Shown here one piece after another: positions 57,872 to 64,000 of a stretch of 64,000 nucleotides of DNA (its first letter is position 1; every line of letters starts with the position of its first letter). Source of the stretch: Candidatus Saccharimonadota bacterium (GTDB lineage Bacteria > Patescibacteriota > Saccharimonadia > QS-5-54-17); NCBI GenBank assembly GCA_050486185.1, contig JBJHCT010000002.1, positions 1,623 to 65,622 on the forward strand, in the 5' to 3' direction. A program made the position numbers and the translations under genes. The notes under the pieces are model-generated. The model did not search any database, had not been told where the DNA came from, and saw only the letters and a list, made by a program, of their open reading frames with translations.

Positions 57872-59281
57872 TTATTCAAATATCTGTTGATAGTTTTTAA
57901 TAGACCAAACACTTTGACCGGATGATAGTTCCTGTCCAAAAGTAATGTTACCGGTGTTGCCTAAATGAATGGTCTGACCCAAGATTGCTCCGACTGAACC
58001 ACTGTTACTTAACTCAACTTTACTCCAACGAGCATAGAATTTACTACCGGCCGCTAGAGAGGAGTTGTCTAAAGTTATGGTAGTAATTGATTGTGAATTA
58101 TATAAATCAACGCCGCTAACTTCACTACAATCTGGTGAACAGCTAGCAGTGGAGTGAAAAGTGATGAATTCTACACCTAAACCATCAGAGTTAGTTAGTA
58201 TTTTCGAGGAGTTACGCATCTCGATGCCATCTGAGCCATCAACCATAATAACTGGCAAGTTTTCACTAATAGTATCTGATATCTCAATAGTTCCAGAGTT
58301 TCTCATACTCAAACTTCCATCCATCCAAACATCGCCCTCTACTACAACGGTACAGCTACGCCTAATACTCACATCACCACCAGTAATATGGGTGTTAGCT
58401 GGCCAAGTTTTGACTTGATTGTTGTTGGTGCAGCTAGCTTCAATATTAGTCATGGTATTAGTCGCAGCATCTTGATGAGCTTGACGATCGTACTCTGGTA
58501 GATCAACGGGATCACTGCTACTACCTTCGATTAATCCCGGACTATACATACCGCTACCATTAGTTTGGTTAGTGGCACGTACCTCACCATATATACTGGC
58601 TTGATTACTTATACTGATGGGTTCACCACTAGTGCACTGTGAAGGAAAGCTGCTATCTGGGGGTTCAGGGCAGAACATATGGGCTACATAAACATTACCA
58701 GGATTATCTTCACTACCGATACGAGCGCTATTGCTCATATTGATATAGCCATTAACATAGACATCGCCATTAGCAATGGTAGCGCTATTGGACATAATCA
58801 GACCTCCTGGGCCGGTCTGTATAGAGTAATCATCAGTAGTCGTACCGACCACTACTAAACGAATGCTACGGCTAATTAAAGGATCACTAGCCGTACTCGG
58901 CATATAGACTCGACCAGTAGCAGTAATTATCTTTTCGTTACTTAAACCACCTTCGGCGATAGTAGTTTGATAGGTAACCCTACCTTGTGTTTGATTTTGT
59001 GCGAACACTTCCTCACTTTGATATCCAGCAAAATCACTGTCATTATTTAATTCGTGTAAAGTTTTCTCAGCCCCGGCTTCAGCTGCCAGCATGGCGTTGG
59101 CTCGAGCTATACCTCGATCGGCAATATTCATCTGAGCTAAGACCAGGCTAGATAAAGACAAGCCAACAGTTAGAATTATTAGCATTATTACTAAAAGAGT
59201 AGGCAGTATCATACCTTGAGAATTATCGACTTTATTCATTTCTAAATACTCCCCTAATACTAAAGTCTGCCTGCAAATCAC
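57872..59281 (-). CDS. Large pseudopilin-like protein (PilX/GspK-like N-terminus without Glu+5), beta-rich C-terminal domain
   Basis: ...NSQG|MILPTLLVIMLIILTVGLSL hydrophobic N-terminus. 469 aa. Overlaps the upstream pilin gene. Confidence 0.4.
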   Translation of the reverse strand: MICRQTLVLGEYLEMNKVDNSQGMILPTLLVIMLIILTVGLSLSSLVLAQMNIADRGIARANAMLAAEAGAEKTLHELNNDSDFAGYQSEEVFAQNQTQGRVTYQTTIAEGGLSNEKIITATGRVYMPSTASDPLISRSIRLVVVGTTTDDYSIQTGPGGLIMSNSATIANGDVYVNGYINMSNSARIGSEDNPGNVYVAHMFCPEPPDSSFPSQCTSGEPISISNQASIYGEVRATNQTNGSGMYSPGLIEGSSSDPVDLPEYDRQAHQDAATNTMTNIEASCTNNNQVKTWPANTHITGGDVSIRRSCTVVVEGDVWMDGSLSMRNSGTIEISDTISENLPVIMVDGSDGIEMRNSSKILTNSDGLGVEFITFHSTASCSPDCSEVSGVDLYNSQSITTITLDNSSLAAGSKFYARWSKVELSNSGSVGAILGQTIHLGNTGNITFGQELSSGQSVWSIKNYQQIFE

Positions 59282-59921
59282 GAGAGTAGACTCGATCAGA
59301 AATCGATAAATCTACTCTAACCGATCGAGCATTTTCATCTTCTGGCGAAACTTCTTCATCTTCAAAACTGAAGTAGGTGATGGTGAAATTACTGACATTA
59401 GAAGCTAGTAGGGTATCTGATGGACACCCAGTGGTTCCGCTTGGACAGGTAGTACCAGCAGCGTTACCCTCAACATCAGCTGCTAATATGCGCTTATATA
59501 AATTACCGTTATCTAGGAAATAAACTAAATTATTCTTGTGGGTGATATAGGCAAAAGGATCTTCATATATGAAGTTATTGTTACTATCTACAACAGGGGA
59601 GGCTAAAATCAAAACTTCGCCATTTGACACCCAGCTATAATCATCAGCAGGTGAGTCAGGCGCATGAGAGTCTGGCCAACGATTAATCTCATCTACTCGA
59701 GCGCTATGTTTAATGTCTTGATTAATAACTTCCAGGCTAATCTGAGCGTCCATTAGTAGTTTCGATCTAGCTGAAGCTATGGCATTGGCTACAATCTTAT
59801 CACTAAAGAAACTCAAGATAATGGCAATCAAGATACCGGTCACAGCTGTAACTACAATCAGCTCTATCAGAGTAATGCCTCGGCTTCGGTGTTTAAGTTT
59901 GAATAATGATTTTTGACTCAT
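59232..59921 (-). CDS. Minor pilin-like protein (prepilin-type)
   Basis: ...HRSRG|ITLIELIVVTAVTGILIA, Glu+5. Confidence 0.6.
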   Translation of the reverse strand: MSQKSLFKLKHRSRGITLIELIVVTAVTGILIAIILSFFSDKIVANAIASARSKLLMDAQISLEVINQDIKHSARVDEINRWPDSHAPDSPADDYSWVSNGEVLILASPVVDSNNNFIYEDPFAYITHKNNLVYFLDNGNLYKRILAADVEGNAAGTTCPSGTTGCPSDTLLASNVSNFTITYFSFEDEEVSPEDENARSVRVDLSISDRVYSRDLQADFSIRGVFRNE

Positions 59922-60373
59922 TGCGATATCCCGATAGAACCGATAATGCCGGTTAATATAATAGTTTTACCATCAGGACTTTGGGCGTAGGTAATGTTAA
60001 CTTCTAACTCTTTGAGGCCTGGTGTATCTTCACTGACATGAACTTGAGCAGATCTTGGTTCTGGCAGTTCTTGAGGTAGCTCATCGGTAAAATCGATAAT
60101 AGTATCAGGCTCTAGTGAGTTGTAGTGGTTATTTCTAAGAGACTCGATCTTAGCCTCGCCAGCTTTAGTAGCTAATTCGATATTATGAGTGCGTCTCTGT
60201 ATGGTGTCTATAGATATAAATAGCTGGAATACCCCTACTACTATTAGGCTGAATATAGACATAGCAATCAATAACTCTATGAGGGTAAATCCAAGATTAG
60301 AAGGTGTTTGTGGCAATGCTTTCAATACAAAGTCCTTAAGGTTTAATATAACTAATTCTAGCACTAATACCAC
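59918..60373 (-). CDS. Minor pilin-like protein (prepilin-type)
   Basis: ...SNLG|FTLIELLIAMSIFSLIV. The annotated N-terminus is probably too long. Confidence 0.55.
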   Translation of the reverse strand: MVLVLELVILNLKDFVLKALPQTPSNLGFTLIELLIAMSIFSLIVVGVFQLFISIDTIQRRTHNIELATKAGEAKIESLRNNHYNSLEPDTIIDFTDELPQELPEPRSAQVHVSEDTPGLKELEVNITYAQSPDGKTIILTGIIGSIGISQ

Positions 60374-60470
60374 CTAGACTACATTGGGATCAATAAATAA
60401 ACCGGCTGCAAATTAGTGCAACCGGTTTAAGTCGTGCGACCACTTTTAGTTGAGGCAGCTCTTCTTTAAG

Positions 60471-60905
60471 CTATTCTGCAACTACTCCAGATGGTCGATT
60501 GATGCTGTTGACGACGTAGTTACTATCATCATCTCCAGTGTCTGGGTCGTCGGCGTTTTCTAGCTCAACAGTGATAGTGTAGGCTACACAAGTCTCCGCT
60601 CCAGTACATTCATTACCATCGTCAAGAAGTGGCTCATATCCATCTCTAACATCTTCAGCAAAGTCGTCTGCTTCATAGTTAGTGATATCTGCTAGGTCAA
60701 CAGGATAACTCTGGTTGTCGTTCCAATAAGTTTCTAGTAGTAGAGAGAGGTTTCTAGCATCACTCTTTCTCTCTGTATCCCGAGCTCTTTCCTGAGCTGA
60801 GAATAGGTTAGGTAGGGTTAGAGCTACCAGTATGCCAATAACTACTATAACTACCAATAGTTCTATCAGGGTAAATCCCCGTTGTCTATTGATTAAACTT
60901 TTCAT
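60471..60905 (-). CDS. pilA: Type IV major pilin candidate
   Basis: MKSLINRQRG|FTLIELLVVIVVIGILVA, 144 aa, its own upstream gap. Confidence 0.65.
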   Translation of the reverse strand: MKSLINRQRGFTLIELLVVIVVIGILVALTLPNLFSAQERARDTERKSDARNLSLLLETYWNDNQSYPVDLADITNYEADDFAEDVRDGYEPLLDDGNECTGAETCVAYTITVELENADDPDTGDDDSNYVVNSINRPSGVVAE

Positions 60906-61037
60906 CTATTTCCTCCTTTATAGGTTTTTAGATATTGTCGATTTTTATATACTTTAGAGGTTATAACGGTTATGCTTCGGTGTCAATAGGGGTACCCTGA
61001 TTTGGCTACCTATACTACAAAAATTATCAGTGCTTAG

Positions 61038-62252
61038 CTAAAAACCTTGAGTCATCTCTGTTAATGGTCCAAAGATACTAGCTATGATTAAGGCTACTAT
61101 TCCTCCCAAAGCCACTATTAAGGCAGGTTCAATTACGGAGTTGATACCGGTTATAGCTCTATCTACTTCTTGTTCATAAAATACAGCAATTCTTTCTAGC
61201 ACTGTATCTATCTGTCCGGTCTCTTCACCGACCGCCGCCATCTGAGTCACAATACCTGGGAAGATGCCTGAACTAGCTAGAGAAATTGAAATCGGTTGAC
61301 CGTTTTTAATCTTATCTATACTAGATGATAGACCTTCTTGTATGACCATATTGGATAAAGCACCGCTAGTAATCTCTAAGGCGTTGACCACAGATATACC
61401 GGCACCAGTTAGCGAGCTAAATATGCGTGAGAATCTAGCTACATTTACTTTTAAGATAATAGTGCCAAAAGCTGGTATTTTCAGTAGCAAGCTATCTAGC
61501 ATATATTTGCCTTTTGGCGTACGCACAAACCTACTAGTTGCTACAACAGCTAATATGGTGACAACTATTAGTATTAGACCGTTATTGACTAGAAAGTTAC
61601 TAAAAGATATTAGTAATTGGGTTTGAGCGGGTAGCTCTGTGCCGAAATCATCAAATATGGCGGTAAATTTAGGAATAATATTGGTCATCAAAAAGATAAC
61701 TGCACCTATAGCCACAGTCAAAACTACGCTTGGATATATCAAGGCTCCTCGGAGCTTGCTTTTGATTTCTGCATCTTTCTCTACCTGAGATGCTAATCTA
61801 TCCATTATCTGATCCAAGATACCACCTTCTTCACCGGCCTTGATCATATTGACATAAACACTAGAGAAGGTCTTAGGGTATTTACTCATGGCCTCAGACA
61901 GCTGAGTACCGGCCTCTACTTCAGATACGATATCTTCCAAAATCTTCTTTAGTCCTAGTGACTCAGTCTGATTTGACATAGTGGAGAGCGATCTAACCAA
62001 AGGCACCCCAGCACCGACCATAGTAGCCATTTGCCGGGTGAATACTACGATATCCATAGTTTTTACTTTGTTAGAGCTGCCAATATTTATATTTAAGTTC
62101 TTGATTGATCTGCCACCAGCCTTATCGATTTTAAGTGGACTCAAGCCCTTGTATTGCAAGGCAGATATAGCGGCCTCTTTAGAGTCAGCCTCTATGCAGC
62201 CCTTTTGCATCTCGCCTTTATCGCTCATCGCGGTATATTGAAATTCAGCCAC
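61038..62252 (-). CDS. pilC: Type IV pilus platform protein PilC (GspF family), GTG start
   Basis: Two GspF repeats; 404 aa. Confidence 0.85.
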   Translation of the reverse strand: MAEFQYTAMSDKGEMQKGCIEADSKEAAISALQYKGLSPLKIDKAGGRSIKNLNINIGSSNKVKTMDIVVFTRQMATMVGAGVPLVRSLSTMSNQTESLGLKKILEDIVSEVEAGTQLSEAMSKYPKTFSSVYVNMIKAGEEGGILDQIMDRLASQVEKDAEIKSKLRGALIYPSVVLTVAIGAVIFLMTNIIPKFTAIFDDFGTELPAQTQLLISFSNFLVNNGLILIVVTILAVVATSRFVRTPKGKYMLDSLLLKIPAFGTIILKVNVARFSRIFSSLTGAGISVVNALEITSGALSNMVIQEGLSSSIDKIKNGQPISISLASSGIFPGIVTQMAAVGEETGQIDTVLERIAVFYEQEVDRAITGINSVIEPALIVALGGIVALIIASIFGPLTEMTQGF

Positions 62253-62262
62253 TTTAAAACCC

Positions 62263-64000
62263 CTACTCTCTGGTTACTCTTAATACTTCTTCGATAGCAG
62301 TAACGCCGTTTAAAGCTTTCATGAATCCGTCTAGCTGCATAGTCATCATGCCGTTTTCTATAGCTTGATGCTGGATATCATCACTAGTGGCGTTACCGAC
62401 AATTAACTTAGAGATAGTCTCATCGATCTCCAGTACCTCATAGATACCCATTCTGCCACTGTAGCCCTCCCCGTCGCACTCGTCACAACCCTCGCCCGGT
62501 TTAAAGAGGGCGAGGTTGTTAAGGTCGACCTCGCTAGGCGCTAAGTTTTTTGTTGAGTCTTGGCTTTTCTTGCCTTCTTTTTTATCTTCATCCTTAGACT
62601 TATTCTTTTTCTTAGAGTTTCTCTCTAGGTCTAGCTTGAGGCTTTCATTGATTAGGGGTAGATACCTTTCTAGATAAAACTCTTGATTTAGTTTTGCTAG
62701 CTCTTTTTCATCAGGGCTGTAGTTTTGTCTGCAGTTGGTGCATAGTTTGCGCACCAATCGCTGCCCAACCACCACTCTAACCGTTGAAGCAATCAAGAAA
62801 GGCTCAGCTCCCATATCTAGAAGTCTAGGTAAAGTCGTAGCTGCATTGTTGGTGTGAAGGGTTGATAACACTAAGTGGCCGGTTAAGGCTGCTTGGATAG
62901 CTAGATCAGAGGTCTCACCGTCACGAACCTCACCGACCATAATGATATTGGGGTCTTGTCTAAGTAGAGCCCTTAATCCAGAAGCAAAGGTCATGCCGGC
63001 CTTAGGGTTGACTTGAGTTTGGTTAACTCCTTGGATACGGTACTCTACGGGATCTTCGACGGTCGATATATTTACTTTAGGTGAATTGAGACTAGTTAGA
63101 ATGCTATAAAGGGTAGTTGATTTACCTGAACCGGTAGGTCCGGTGACCAAAATCATACCGTGTGGTTGGTGCATAGCCCTATCCATTTTCTCTAGTGGGC
63201 TACTGCCAAAACCCAGCTCTTCTAAAGTTAGAGCTCTTGAGGATTCATTGAGCAGTCTCATGACTACTTTTTCACCGTCCATAGTCGGTAGGGTAGAGAC
63301 ACGTAGAGCCACAGTACCTGAAGCGGTCTGGATCTTGAATCTACCATCTTGGGGTTTGCGGTGTTCATCAATCTTTAAGTTAGCCATAATTTTGATTCTC
63401 GATACTAGAGCTAACATTAAGTTCCTGGGTAGGGTATTGGCTTCTTTGAGTACGCCGTCGACTCGGTAGCGAATCTGGACTAACTGCTCTCTAGGCTCGA
63501 TATGAACATCAGAGGCTCCTTCCTTGATGGCGTATTCGATTAATAGGTTAACTGTTTTAGCTATAGGGGAGTCTTCGGCTACTTCATCGGCACTAACTTC
63601 TTCTGCTATTATCTCATCTTCACCCTCGGGAATAACTTTGGTAATCTCACTATCTAAGTTGCCTTTATATTGCTCAAGAACCTTATTTATATCGCTATCG
63701 GTAGCTATATAGAAATGGACATCTTTACCTAGTAGTTTTTCCAGGGCGTCGATAGCGGGTAGATCACCTGGATCGGATATAGCTACTTTGCGGCCACCTT
63801 TGTCGGTAGCTTCAAATAGCACTGCTCTATACTGTCTGGCGATATGCTCGGGTATGAGGTTGAGTACTGGCGGTTCAATATTGACATTAGCTAAAGAGAC
63901 GAACTCAGCTCCGATATTATCAGCGTAGAGTTTGGTTAGATCTTTATCACTAAAAACTTTCTTATCGATCAGTACATCCTGAAGAGGCTTCTTTTGCTTC
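62263..64000 (-). CDS. pilB: Type IV pilus assembly ATPase PilB/GspE; the N-terminus extends beyond the window end
   Basis: Walker A VTGPTGSGKST, Asp box, Walker B, His box, tetracysteine motif. The frame stays open upstream of Met-63822 (…KQKKPLQDVLIDKK…VLNLIPEHIARQYRAV, a GspE N-terminal domain) to nt 64000. Confidence 0.88.
   Translation of the reverse strand, partial: KQKKPLQDVLIDKKVFSDKDLTKLYADNIGAEFVSLANVNIEPPVLNLIPEHIARQYRAVLFEATDKGGRKVAISDPGDLPAIDALEKLLGKDVHFYIATDSDINKVLEQYKGNLDSEITKVIPEGEDEIIAEEVSADEVAEDSPIAKTVNLLIEYAIKEGASDVHIEPREQLVQIRYRVDGVLKEANTLPRNLMLALVSRIKIMANLKIDEHRKPQDGRFKIQTASGTVALRVSTLPTMDGEKVVMRLLNESSRALTLEELGFGSSPLEKMDRAMHQPHGMILVTGPTGSGKSTTLYSILTSLNSPKVNISTVEDPVEYRIQGVNQTQVNPKAGMTFASGLRALLRQDPNIIMVGEVRDGETSDLAIQAALTGHLVLSTLHTNNAATTLPRLLDMGAEPFLIASTVRVVVGQRLVRKLCTNCRQNYSPDEKELAKLNQEFYLERYLPLINESLKLDLERNSKKKNKSKDEDKKEGKKSQDSTKNLAPSEVDLNNLALFKPGEGCDECDGEGYSGRMGIYEVLEIDETISKLIVGNATSDDIQHQAIENGMMTMQLDGFMKALNGVTAIEEVLRVTRE

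Overview
The window is a gene-dense, moderately AT-rich bacterial chromosome segment. Several traits together point to a Candidate Phyla Radiation / Patescibacteria (Saccharibacteria-like) genome, but this is an inference from gene content. The traits are many TTG/GTG starts with strong GGAGG ribosome-binding sites, lysine- or glycine-rich low-complexity tails on housekeeping proteins, an aspartyl-tRNA synthetase lacking the GAD insertion, a ComEC lacking the metallo-beta-lactamase domain, abundant type IV pilus genes, and no recognisable outer-membrane components. Standard stop codons are used throughout. Most of the window is conserved housekeeping synteny: dnaG-rpoD, polA, dsbB, mutM, holA, rpsT, a degenerate DHH protein, truB-rpsO-pnp, a family-4 uracil-DNA glycosylase, rnj, ftsK, rpsF-ssb-rpsR, efp, tlyA, ychF, aspS and yebC-ruvCAB. 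The accessory content is as follows. (i) A minus-strand operon at 1.9-5.9 kb encodes a membrane-anchored His-Me/DUF1524-type nuclease, a short ComEC DNA-uptake channel, and a secreted double lamin-tail-domain (LTD) protein with tandem cysteine-containing repeats, followed by a GT-C glycosyltransferase. (ii) A tRNA-Ser(GGA) is followed by about 5 kb of AT-rich hypothetical membrane or secreted genes, including a cysteine-rich internally repeated protein and a clan GH-A-like hydrolase. (iii) Two divergent, convergently oriented type IV pilus-like gene clusters lie at 38.1-45.2 kb (plus strand) and 55.3->64.0 kb (minus strand). The minus-strand cluster has pilB and extends past the window end. 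Between them the clusters carry at least seven prepilin-type genes, including a 573-aa pilin-like protein with an FN3-like module and a long poly-glycine tail. (iv) A cation/proton antiporter-DsbA-KefB-like-amino acid permease block lies at 45.3-50.5 kb. No transposase, integrase, CRISPR array, reverse transcriptase or rRNA was seen.
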